Under the pieces are notes generated by a model. The model was not told the DNA's origin, made no database searches, and saw only the letters and a list, made by a program, of their open reading frames with translations. A stretch of DNA of 64,000 nt from positions 95,311-159,310 of the forward strand of contig JACREQ010000069.1 of the NCBI GenBank assembly GCA_016218155.1, given 5' to 3'. The position numbers were made by a program, and so were the translations under genes. Shown piece by piece: positions 28,334-36,972 of the stretch (within the stretch, counting starts at the first letter, position 1; the number at the start of each line of letters is the position of its first letter). The stretch is from Bacteroidia bacterium (GTDB taxonomy: Bacteria; Bacteroidota; Bacteroidia; Bacteroidales; GWA2-32-17).

Positions 28334-28966
28334 TTATTTTTTATTTATCGAAAAAACAAGTCCAAAATGCAATGATAATGCTCTGTTATACAATTTTTGA
28401 CTTTGATTTGGTTCTGAATTTTGCTCCAATTGATTCATGCCGGTTGAATTTCTAAGTTCAAACAATACGGATGCCGATTCGGTAAAAGAATACAATAAAC
28501 CTGCATACACATTCAAACCATAATCAGTATTTTTTATAGCATCCATTTTAAGCATATTATAGTAGCTCAAACCAATTGATTGTTCTGCTTTGAACAAATA
28601 TGAAAAATAAAATGAAGCTCCGATAAATGGCTTAAGCTTACCTTTGTTTACTATGTAACCACCACCAAGATTAAGGTCGGTATAATGTAAAGACCAATCA
28701 AGTTTTTGATTATTCAGAATTGAATTTGCACCAAGGTTTTTATAACCAAGTTCAATTCTGGCAAAAATATTTGATGAAAATATTTTACTATAATTCAAAC
28801 CATATGAATAATTAATGGCTGATGTTATATTATCATCTTTATTCCCTTCAGAATCTAAAAACTTGAACTTAGAATATGTCTGAGCGAAATGAAGTGAAAA
28901 ATTGTCTTGAGCATAACCTATGGTTACAATAAGACAAATTAAAAATGAAGTCAATAAATTTTTCAT
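28334..28966 (-). CDS. Outer-membrane beta-barrel (porin-family/PorT-like) protein
   Basis: The start at the ATG at 28966 gives signal peptide MKNLLTSFLICLIVTIGYAQ. It shows an alternating beta-strand pattern and ends in LHFGLVFSI. The gap to the upstream stop is 7 nt. Confidence 0.6.
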   Translation of the reverse strand: MKNLLTSFLICLIVTIGYAQDNFSLHFAQTYSKFKFLDSEGNKDDNITSAINYSYGLNYSKIFSSNIFARIELGYKNLGANSILNNQKLDWSLHYTDLNLGGGYIVNKGKLKPFIGASFYFSYLFKAEQSIGLSYYNMLKMDAIKNTDYGLNVYAGLLYSFTESASVLFELRNSTGMNQLEQNSEPNQSQKLYNRALSLHFGLVFSINKK

Positions 28967-28973
28967 AGTGATA

Positions 28974-29462
28974 TTAGATTTTAACAATTTTCTTTGTTAT
29001 TTGTAAGTTGTTATTAGAATAAATATTTATAAAATATATTCCTGTACCCCAATTGTCACATTTTATTTTGCTTTCATTGTTTCCTGCAATATTCAGAGTT
29101 GAAATTGTGTTACCTAAAATGTCTGTTACCAATATTGAATATGAAATGTCATCACCTACAATTTTTATCTGAAAATAATCATTAATTGGGTTAGGGTATA
29201 AGGACAATTCAATTTTCTTATTCGAGTAGATTTTTGCATTAATATTATTCACAGGTTGTTGAAATCCTTGTCGTATAGTATTATTTTCGGATGAAAAACA
29301 TGTTGTGTTTGAAGGTTGTCCAATTGTTTGTCGAAGAAGTATACCATCAAACATATTGTTAGAACCCAAACTGCTTAAAGACTGTCTGATTATATTTTGA
29401 GCATTTAATGTATTGATTAAAATTATTCCAATCAATAACAAAGTCAAGTTTTTAAAAGTCAT
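28974..29462 (-). CDS. Small T9SS type-A cargo protein with an RQ(S/T)(L/I)G / RQGFQQP motif N-domain
   Basis: 162 aa with a signal peptide. Motifs: IIRQSLSSLGS, LLRQTIGQPS and IRQGFQQPV. C-terminal tail: LSLYPNPINDYFQIKI...GIYFINI. Confidence 0.65.
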   Translation of the reverse strand: MTFKNLTLLLIGIILINTLNAQNIIRQSLSSLGSNNMFDGILLRQTIGQPSNTTCFSSENNTIRQGFQQPVNNINAKIYSNKKIELSLYPNPINDYFQIKIVGDDISYSILVTDILGNTISTLNIAGNNESKIKCDNWGTGIYFINIYSNNNLQITKKIVKI

Positions 29463-29594
29463 ATTATTTTTTCTGATTTCATCAAATTAGTCCTATATAG
29501 ACTTGTTGGCAAGACACTTATAGTTTATATATCATCATACATATTCAGATAGTTATAAACAAATAAGTATAACAAATCATAATTTTATTATAAT

Positions 29595-29602
29595 CAAATA
29601 TA
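29595..29602 (-). promoter_or_regulatory. Candidate -7 box (TATATTTG) for the three-gene module
   Basis: Minus-strand tattatttttttgtatatttga, 132 nt upstream of the start at 29462. Confidence 0.4.
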
Positions 29603-29715
29603 CAAAAAAATAATATTTTCACTCGTTCTCATCTTGCTTAAAAAAAAGCAAATCATAGCAAAAGATTCTGTTACAAGCGCGTATGATTGTAACATGGTGG
29701 ATTATAGTGAAATGT

Positions 29716-29752
29716 AAAAAATGAGAGGCTTGTTATGAAGATAAAAGAGTAA
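29716..29752 (+). repeat. Direct repeat copy 2, a relic of the regulator gene 3' end
   Basis: aaaaaatgagaggcttgttatgaagataaaagagtaa. In the regulator frame it reads KNERLVMKIKE-stop, against KIENLVMKIKE-stop in the real gene. Confidence 0.9.
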
Positions 29753-29809
29753 TATTTCTTTCTATTTTGTTATCGTTATAAATGATGAAGAAATTGGATT
29801 TTACAAAGG

Positions 29810-30091
29810 TTATTTATTTTTAATTAGTTTACCATCTTCAAAATTTTCATGATACTCTATATTTAAATTCTTATCATAACGTAACCATGAACCATTTTTT
29901 TTACTGTTTTTAAAATTACCTACACACCAAAGTTGTCCGGTTTCTCTATAAAATATCCATTCTCCTTCCATTAGCCCGGCTACGTATTGTCCTTTTGCCT
30001 TAATCTTACCGTTTTTAAAAAAGTAAGTTAACTTATCATCAATTAATTCATGAATCTTTTGCCCGTTTGAATAAAACTTTTTATCTAACAT
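29810..30091 (-). CDS. MORN-repeat-variant protein (YwqK-like)
   Basis: 93 aa with repeats YFFKNGKIKAKGQYVAGLMEGEWIFYRETGQLWCVGNFKNSKKNGSW. Confidence 0.7.
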   Translation of the reverse strand: MLDKKFYSNGQKIHELIDDKLTYFFKNGKIKAKGQYVAGLMEGEWIFYRETGQLWCVGNFKNSKKNGSWLRYDKNLNIEYHENFEDGKLIKNK

Positions 30092-30102
30092 ATTTTATTT
30101 TG

Positions 30103-30696
30103 TTATAATATTCTTTGCAAACCGCGAAATCCCCTGACTGCATAATATGAATCAGCACCATTATGATAGACAAAAACATGATTGTAACGACAATCACAAA
30201 AAAGTGCACCACCAAGTTTTCTGATTTCATCAGGTGTCTTTACCCAACTAGAAGTTTTTGTATCAAACTTGCCAAACTTCTGCAAATCCCTGTATTGTTG
30301 TTCAGTTAAGATTTCAATACCCATTTTTGCAGCCATATCAATAGCATTATTTGCTGGTTTATGCTCTTTCCTTGATTCAAGTGCTTCCCGGTCGTAACAA
30401 ATGCTTCTGCGATCCTTAGGGCTTTCTGGTGAACAATCATAAAAGATATATTCGCCGGTATTGTTATCATAAGCTATAACATCCGGTTCACCACCAGTTC
30501 TTTCCATTTCATTCAGACTCCAGATTTTTTCAATACTATTTTGACTTCCGGATATGCAGGCTTCTAGTTTTGCTTTTAGTTTATTCCATTCAATACTCTT
30601 ATGTCGGTTCATGTTTTTTTCAAAACGAACTTTTAAAACTTTTAATAGTTCTTCATATTGTTCTGGTAACAATATTTTTTTATTTTCAATTTTCAT
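30103..30696 (-). CDS. DUF4256-family protein
   Basis: 197 aa. MERTGGEPDVI...FYDCSPESPKDRRSICYD...KTSSWVKTP...YHNGADSYYAVRGFRG matches my memory of DUF4256. Confidence 0.6.
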   Translation of the reverse strand: MKIENKKILLPEQYEELLKVLKVRFEKNMNRHKSIEWNKLKAKLEACISGSQNSIEKIWSLNEMERTGGEPDVIAYDNNTGEYIFYDCSPESPKDRRSICYDREALESRKEHKPANNAIDMAAKMGIEILTEQQYRDLQKFGKFDTKTSSWVKTPDEIRKLGGALFCDCRYNHVFVYHNGADSYYAVRGFRGLQRIL

Positions 30697-30873
30697 GATT
30701 ATGATTTCTAATTAATTTCATTAACTAATCGAGAGAGAACAATATATTTTTAAAATTTTATTATAAAATTAAAAAATAGCACAACCAGTGTCTGGATGTC
30801 TCTGATAAATATCTGGATAAATTAATTTTCATTTGAGAAAGTTATATACCATTGTATTATTATGTGTAAAGTG

Positions 30874-31935
30874 TTATAATTTGATCAATTTTGTTTCTAA
30901 AATACTATCACCATCTTTAAAACGTATCATATATACTCCAACAGATAAATTACTTAAATCAATAATAGATTGTGATTCGTTAATACTTAGATTTTTTATC
31001 AACTTGCCACCAGAATCAAAAATTTCAACAAATAAATCGGTCAATGTTTCAATTTTAATAAAATCATGAAAAGGATTTGGGAAAACCTTAACCAAAAATG
31101 TGCCTGCTAAATATATTGTTTTATTTACTAACATGGTATCCATGCATCCCATGTTTGAAACTGCTATTAGTTTAATATTATAATTGCCTTCATTAGTAAA
31201 AAAATGAATAGGATTTTTAGTATTAGTAGAATCACCATCATCAAAAATCCATATAACATTACTACTTAAAGTTGACAGATCGTAAAATTGTATACTATCA
31301 TTTACTTTAGAAATAGAAGGAGATAAGCTAAAATTAGCTTCCGGTTTAGGATAGGCAGTTATTAAGTCAATATAAATTACAGATGTAGAACAACCAAATT
31401 TAGAAGTTTTAGTAAGCCAAACAGAAAATATACCATCATTGCAAAATGTATAGTCAGGATTTTTTAACGTTGAAGTGTCATTCGAAACTATTGAATCGCC
31501 AAAATTCCAAAAATATTTATCATTTTGATCCGGATTGATTTCTATAAAATCTATTTTAAGTGGTACACATCCTGTTAAATGGTCTGCAATAACACAAGTT
31601 GGAGGAAATGGCATTATGTGGATATAAATTGATTTTGAGATTTGATTACCTGAATAATCTTTTGCAGTTATTGTAATAACATTAGAGTAATCGGGATGAA
31701 CTAAATAAGGATTATTAATTATTTCACCTGAATCATTATAAAGCAAATATGGACCACCATCACCACCTGAAATTAAAGCATTAATAAATGTCGAATCACC
31801 AGGGCATAATGAATCTCTTTCAAGACTTAATGTTAAAACAATAGGAGATTTCTCTTTTGATTCGTAACAAATAGCATAAGAGATTTTTACAATAAATAAA
31901 AATAGAAAAAATAAAATCGAAAAAATAATTTTCAT
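30874..31935 (-). CDS. PKD-domain protein; T9SS type-A cargo
   Basis: 353 aa with a signal peptide. PKD motif: YFWNFGDSIVSNDTSTLKNPDYTF. C-terminal tail: VFPNPFHDFIKIET...GVYMIRF. Confidence 0.75.
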   Translation of the reverse strand: MKIIFSILFFLFLFIVKISYAICYESKEKSPIVLTLSLERDSLCPGDSTFINALISGGDGGPYLLYNDSGEIINNPYLVHPDYSNVITITAKDYSGNQISKSIYIHIMPFPPTCVIADHLTGCVPLKIDFIEINPDQNDKYFWNFGDSIVSNDTSTLKNPDYTFCNDGIFSVWLTKTSKFGCSTSVIYIDLITAYPKPEANFSLSPSISKVNDSIQFYDLSTLSSNVIWIFDDGDSTNTKNPIHFFTNEGNYNIKLIAVSNMGCMDTMLVNKTIYLAGTFLVKVFPNPFHDFIKIETLTDLFVEIFDSGGKLIKNLSINESQSIIDLSNLSVGVYMIRFKDGDSILETKLIKL

Positions 31936-32014
31936 AAGTTAATAATCCATCTATTAGAATTTTAAGTAATCCTTATTTTCAACTACTTATTTATTGTTAT
32001 TTATTTTATACTAT

Positions 32015-32022
32015 CAAATATA
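32015..32022 (-). promoter_or_regulatory. Candidate -7 box (TATATTTG) inside AATTATTTTGTATATTTGA
   Basis: Lies 79 nt upstream of the start at 31935. The 19-mer is identical to the one at 21687. Confidence 0.4.
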
Positions 32023-32123
32023 CAAAATAATTTAGAAACAAAATATTATGCTAATATTGGTTATTATAACAAACTTGTCGATTTCAAGCATGAATGCTTG
32101 CACAAAAAAGAATAAGTATAGAA

Positions 32124-33260
32124 TTATTTTAAAAAGTTAGTAACATCGGTAACATTACCTTTTTCGTCCCATTCTGTTTTTTCTAGATAAACGCCTTTGC
32201 GAAATGTTGCTTCTTTCTTTTTAGCACCACTTTCATAGTACCAAATATTTTTTCCATCCATTTCGTCGTCATTATAATTTGCAATAATTCTAGGTTGTCC
32301 GTTTGAATACCAGAATCGCCATTTACCTTCCTTTTTACCGTTTGAATATGTACCTTCAATTTTCTTTTGTCCGTTGCTATACCAGTATTCCCAGAACCCA
32401 TTTTTAATTCCTTTTTCATAAGCACCACGCAATCCTTTTTGCCCGGTTTCATAATATCCGTAACATTGGCCGGTATATGGGTCTTTAGCTTTCTTAAGAT
32501 ACATTACCTGCATTCTTTCTTCCAGTTGTGCATTATCAACACCCTGCGCAAAAGTTTTATCTAAAAGATTCTGAAAATAATTAATCAAAGGTTTTCTGAA
32601 AGTACTATTTTCTACCAGATTATTGTCTTTTCTATCCAAAACTTCTATGGTAACAGCAACATCATTTACCTGATCGGGACAATAGGGGCAGGGGAACCAC
32701 GAAACGGTTATTGTAACCTTATCAGATATTCCGTTTACCTTTACTTTTTTCCAGCGAATAAAATTTGATTTTATTTTTGCATCGCCACCAAAATTTTCTT
32801 TCAAAATACTAATATAGTTTGCTGCATTCTGAAGTTCGCGAGTTGAAAAAGTAAGCAAATATTGGCTTTTATCATTTTTTTTACTTTTCCAGCGAAGTGC
32901 TTCTATATTGTCATAACACATTGCAACAACTTCATTTAACAGAAAAAGCGAATCCTGTATTTCTACTCTTAGAAATTGTTTTAAATTAATTTTAGAAATT
33001 GGAAGTTTAATCTGCTTATAACCAATTGATGAAAAAATAATTGTGTCATTAATATACTTTGAATCGAAATTAAGTTCGAATTTGCCATCTTCTGCTGTAA
33101 TTGTACCTATTGTTGTAGCTCTTATATGAACAGCTGCAAAACTAACAGGAGCATCATTAGAATAGGCATATACACCACCTTTTAAAACTAAAGTATTAGT
33201 GGTTTGAGCAACTAAAACAAAAGGACAAATTAAAAATACTATAATGAATAATCGAAACAT
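32124..33260 (-). CDS. Carboxypeptidase-regulatory-like domain protein with C-terminal MORN-variant (YwqK-like) repeats
   Basis: 378 aa with a signal peptide. N-terminal domain: LKGGVYAYSNDAPVSFAAVHIRATTIGTITAEDGKFEL. C-terminal repeats: GIKNGFWEYWYSNGQKKIEGTYSNGKKEGKWRFWYSNGQ. Confidence 0.7.
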   Translation of the reverse strand: MFRLFIIVFLICPFVLVAQTTNTLVLKGGVYAYSNDAPVSFAAVHIRATTIGTITAEDGKFELNFDSKYINDTIIFSSIGYKQIKLPISKINLKQFLRVEIQDSLFLLNEVVAMCYDNIEALRWKSKKNDKSQYLLTFSTRELQNAANYISILKENFGGDAKIKSNFIRWKKVKVNGISDKVTITVSWFPCPYCPDQVNDVAVTIEVLDRKDNNLVENSTFRKPLINYFQNLLDKTFAQGVDNAQLEERMQVMYLKKAKDPYTGQCYGYYETGQKGLRGAYEKGIKNGFWEYWYSNGQKKIEGTYSNGKKEGKWRFWYSNGQPRIIANYNDDEMDGKNIWYYESGAKKKEATFRKGVYLEKTEWDEKGNVTDVTNFLK

Positions 33261-33400
33261 TCTAAATTTTTTGTCAAACCTACGGTAATTTTAAAAAAAT
33301 AGCAAGTTCGCATAATTGCGTGCTTGTTAGCAATTTGAAATAAATTACTGAATTTGCGATGAAGTATAGAGTGTTAAAAAACAGAAAATCCCGATGAGTT

Positions 33401-33784
33401 TTATTCAAATGATAACAGATTATTTGAAGGGATTTCCATTTTTAAAGATGTACTTTCGTTTTCATTTTCATCGGATTGTTCTTCAGTTATTTCAGAGAAA
33501 TCAACTGGTTTTTCTTTTCTTTTAGGCTTTGGTCTTGGCTGAACAACCGGAGTTGTAACAGGATTTACAAATAATTCGTTTGTTGCTAATTCAAGTCTGT
33601 TTGCTTTAATAAACATTCCCCATTCTAAAGCTTTAGAAATGCTTTTAATATTTAATTCAACTTCCCAATCATCAGAATTAGAGTTACGTGGAATTGCAGT
33701 AAATTCAGTTTTCTGAAGAAGACAATTATCAATAATTATCTGAATGTTTTTTGTTTTAGCTAAAATTCTGGTCTTTTCATTCAT
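33401..33784 (-). CDS. Hypothetical protein with an acidic C-terminal tail
   Basis: 127-aa ORF with a basic/proline linker (PRPKPKRKEKP) followed by an acidic tail. No domain recognised. Confidence 0.45.
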   Translation of the reverse strand: MNEKTRILAKTKNIQIIIDNCLLQKTEFTAIPRNSNSDDWEVELNIKSISKALEWGMFIKANRLELATNELFVNPVTTPVVQPRPKPKRKEKPVDFSEITEEQSDENENESTSLKMEIPSNNLLSFE

Positions 33785-33823
33785 ATTATTCTAACATTAA
33801 AATTTTTGTAGGTGTTTAGAATA

Positions 33824-33831
33824 CAAAAATA
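33824..33831 (-). promoter_or_regulatory. Candidate -7 box (TATTTTTG)
   Basis: Matches TAnnTTTG on the minus strand, about 40 nt upstream of the start at 33784. Confidence 0.35.
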
Positions 33832-33833
33832 AT

Positions 33834-33866
33834 AAAAAAGGCGCAGAGTTCATCTGCGCCTTTTTA
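33834..33866 (-). terminator. Rho-independent terminator after the M43 protease gene
   Basis: GC-rich hairpin ggcgcaga-gttca-tctgcgcc flanked by A- and T-runs. Confidence 0.75.
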
Positions 33867-33885
33867 AGATTTTTATAAAATTAAT

Positions 33886-36141
33886 TTATTTCACCATTAA
33901 TTTTTTAGTAAACACAAACTCACCAGCAGTTAGTTTAACAAAGTAGCATCCGGTAGAATTCAAATCATTCTTACTAATTGAATATTCATGGTGGCCTGCT
34001 GCCAAATCATTATTTTCAATAGCCTTAATTTCCTTACCTACCAAATCTATAATTTGAATTTTAGTATTCATGTTTTCTGGTAAATCAAATGAAATAGTTG
34101 AATTTTCGTCAACTGGATTAGGATAAACTTCCATATTTACAAGATCCATAGAATATGAATCCATTCCGGTATATGTACCATTGTCAATATTAATATCTTC
34201 AAGATAAATGTTATTACCGCCATTGCCAAAGAATTCAAATTTAAATCTAAAATTTGTCTGATGCTGATTTAAATATATATGAATATTTATTGAATCTGAT
34301 GCCCAGTCGGCAGGTGCAGGGTCAAAACTATTCTGATTCGGTACTGTAGTGGTTTGTAGTGCAGCTCCTAATTTTGCCCATTTTTGAGCCCAAGTTTTAC
34401 CACAATTTGTAGAAACTAAAATTCTCATTTTATCATATGCAGTATCGGCATCAGTAAGAACAGTACCAGGATTTATTTTACCGCAATAAGCATATTTAAA
34501 TTTTAATTTAAGAGGTACAGTATTATATAAAGAAGTTAAATCATAACCATCACTAATCAAATCGTCAAAACTGCCATTCTGGTTTCCGATAAAATTTCTG
34601 ATTCTTGCAGATTTAGTACCAGAAACAGAAGCAGTATCAGTAATTTCCCATCCAATCCCAGCTGCATTATCAACTATCCAGGTAGGGTTAATTCCAGCTT
34701 CAAAATCTTCATTTAAAGGAACCTGAACATTTGTAGATGGATCAAATACTCTGATATAAGAAGTTTTTGTTATACTGTCATTTCCAGAAGCATTTGCTAC
34801 GATAAGTTTTACAGGATATATTCCTGCTGCTGTATATGTTACAGAAGGATTCTGAAGTGTAGAAGTTGAAGGTGTTGCGCCGGTTAAATCCCAGTTCCAT
34901 GAAGTTGGAGCTGAATTAAATGAAATATCTGAAAAGTTTACAGCATCGCCAACACAAATTCTTTTTGGGGTTGCAGAAAAGTCAGCTATTGGTGCACAAA
35001 TCGGATGGTAACTTGTGTCTAAAACTCCTGTTGCAATTAAATTCTCTTTTGTCCACAAATTATGTCTGATACCTGCAAGAGTCGCATCAACTCTGGCTTT
35101 TTGTCCGTTTGTAAATGAATTGGTACAATATCCGAATTGATAATCCATATAATTCTCAATCATATCAGGCTCATCAGGACTATCTTGTGTGCAAGAATTA
35201 ATACTTCCGGGAGTAAAACATGATACAGAAGTATTTTGTGTTGCAACAGCTACAGGAGGAGTATCGTCAACTTCATCGCCGGCTGATGCAAATAGAGTAG
35301 GACAACCACTTGATGCGGGCAATAATCCAAACATTAAATTTTGAAATGGATGATATAAATTAAAATAATGACCTGTTTCATGAGTAAATGTTCTGTTAAG
35401 TAAATTTATACCCATTCCACCCATATCTGTTGCTGTTCCAATTGAGCCAACACAGTCCTGACGAATTAATACACCATCAATATCAGAATCACCACCTGTT
35501 AATGCCTGTGATAAAGTATTGTCAGGAGGAAAAGGAGACATACCGCCAATAAAAGCTCCGTCGGGTAATGACATACCTTCAGGATAAATAAAATTTACAG
35601 CAAAAATATTCATGTACTTTGTTGGATCCCAAACGTATTGTTTCATAGTTGCAAAATATGCCCAATTAGTTTGAGGATCAAAGATATGTTCAATACCATT
35701 AGTGCAATTTCCAAGTACATCTATCTTTGCTAATCTGAATTCAATTGCAAAATCTGATGCTCTTGGTTTAAAAAGTGGAAAAATATTTACTGTATCTGCA
35801 TTTAATTTTGCATAATCAATATTCATTTTATTAATTCCATCTATAACCTGTGCATCACTTATATTTTCAGGTCCGTTTGCATGAATAACATGAACCACTA
35901 CAGGAATTATTCTTCTACCATTAATCAGAGTATCTACTTTAATGTTATTAAGATTTTCAATAATTTGCTTAAAGTTTTTTTCATAAAGCAAATAATCATT
36001 TAAAATCTGAGGGTTCTCCTTAATCTTTTGTTTAATAATTAAGTCATCTGCAATAATAGGTTTAATAGTCTGACTATAACCTAAATGAGAGATTGAAAAA
36101 CTAGAAATGATAATTAAAATAAGTAAACTAAATCGATTCAT
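33886..36141 (-). CDS. M43 (pappalysin/cytophagalysin-type) zinc metalloprotease with a PKD domain; T9SS type-A cargo
   Basis: 751 aa with a signal peptide. Zinc motif: FTHETGHYFNLYHPF. PKD: FSATPKRICVGDAVNFSDIS...WNWDL. C-terminal tail: VYPNPVDENSTISF...GCYFVKL. Confidence 0.85.
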   Translation of the reverse strand: MNRFSLLILIIISSFSISHLGYSQTIKPIIADDLIIKQKIKENPQILNDYLLYEKNFKQIIENLNNIKVDTLINGRRIIPVVVHVIHANGPENISDAQVIDGINKMNIDYAKLNADTVNIFPLFKPRASDFAIEFRLAKIDVLGNCTNGIEHIFDPQTNWAYFATMKQYVWDPTKYMNIFAVNFIYPEGMSLPDGAFIGGMSPFPPDNTLSQALTGGDSDIDGVLIRQDCVGSIGTATDMGGMGINLLNRTFTHETGHYFNLYHPFQNLMFGLLPASSGCPTLFASAGDEVDDTPPVAVATQNTSVSCFTPGSINSCTQDSPDEPDMIENYMDYQFGYCTNSFTNGQKARVDATLAGIRHNLWTKENLIATGVLDTSYHPICAPIADFSATPKRICVGDAVNFSDISFNSAPTSWNWDLTGATPSTSTLQNPSVTYTAAGIYPVKLIVANASGNDSITKTSYIRVFDPSTNVQVPLNEDFEAGINPTWIVDNAAGIGWEITDTASVSGTKSARIRNFIGNQNGSFDDLISDGYDLTSLYNTVPLKLKFKYAYCGKINPGTVLTDADTAYDKMRILVSTNCGKTWAQKWAKLGAALQTTTVPNQNSFDPAPADWASDSINIHIYLNQHQTNFRFKFEFFGNGGNNIYLEDINIDNGTYTGMDSYSMDLVNMEVYPNPVDENSTISFDLPENMNTKIQIIDLVGKEIKAIENNDLAAGHHEYSISKNDLNSTGCYFVKLTAGEFVFTKKLMVK

Positions 36142-36242
36142 ATTTAGCAGTTTTAAATGGTTATTAATACCGCTAATATAAAAAAAAAGCTTAAAAAATA
36201 CGATGATGAAAAATTGAAAAAACTATGTTTTAAAAATAGAAT

Positions 36243-36836
36243 TTACCAACCTGTAAATGAATTTCCACAGTTGTGTGAAAAAGGAGAGGAATAAGAATTA
36301 AACGGTGAATTGCCTTTATTATATTGCATTTCGAAATACAAGCTGGTTTTCTCATTAATATTATAACCAATACCTATTTTGCCACCCTTAGCATCATTAT
36401 AATAAGCAGGGTTTATATTGTTAGGAACATCAGGCTTTGCAAGTGAAGTATAAGCACCACCTGTTAGAAAAACTTTATTACTGATTTTATAAGATCCTTG
36501 TGTATAAAAAAAAGTTCCGTTTACATTATTCATTCTTGAACCACCCTCGGTATTAAAACTACTTGGCATACTAAAACTACTGAAAATTACACCGGCCTGA
36601 ACAGATAGTTTTGAAGTTAAATTAACATTATAATTCGGAGCCAAAAAGGAACCATAATAACCTTGCCCGTTAAAACTACCACCAAATGCACCTGCATTAA
36701 CGCCCCAACGACCAGAAACTCCTTTTTTAACCGGAGATAAATTAGATGGATTAAAATATTCAGTTGTAGAATCAGTCTGACCTATAGCCAGATTAAAACA
36801 GAAAAAAACTGAAACGAAAAACAATAAAGTTTTCAT
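36243..36836 (-). CDS. Small outer-membrane beta-barrel protein
   Basis: 197 aa with a signal peptide and glycine/aromatic-rich alternating strands. Confidence 0.5.
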   Translation of the reverse strand: MKTLLFFVSVFFCFNLAIGQTDSTTEYFNPSNLSPVKKGVSGRWGVNAGAFGGSFNGQGYYGSFLAPNYNVNLTSKLSVQAGVIFSSFSMPSSFNTEGGSRMNNVNGTFFYTQGSYKISNKVFLTGGAYTSLAKPDVPNNINPAYYNDAKGGKIGIGYNINEKTSLYFEMQYNKGNSPFNSYSSPFSHNCGNSFTGW

Positions 36837-36972
36837 GTCTTTTTATTTTACTCAAAGATACATAATAATTTTTCACGTTATTAATAGATTAACATAAAAA
36901 ACTTTAAAATATAAAACATATAATAATTTGATATAACATTACTTATAAAACAAATGTTAATAAAGTAATTAT

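Larger units (their letters stand above)
25074..29715. mobile_element. Putative inserted island bracketed by the 37-bp direct repeat; no recombinase gene recognised
   Basis: It lies between the two repeat copies and holds five same-strand genes, internal repeats and its own promoter box. No ORF shows integrase or transposase motifs that I can recognise. Confidence 0.35.

Noticed and set aside
25074-29715. Prophage, ICE or transposon identity for the repeat-bracketed island
   Set aside because: I recognised no integrase, transposase, relaxase or capsid-type ORF. The DUF1566 and tail-fibre-like features are common in cellular surface proteins. It is reported only as a putative insertion of unknown mechanism.
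32085-32100. Hairpin caagcat-ga-atgcttg downstream of the 378-aa gene, considered as a terminator
   Set aside because: The loop is only 2 nt. On the minus (gene) strand the T-run precedes the stem instead of following it. On the plus strand the stem is followed by an A-run.
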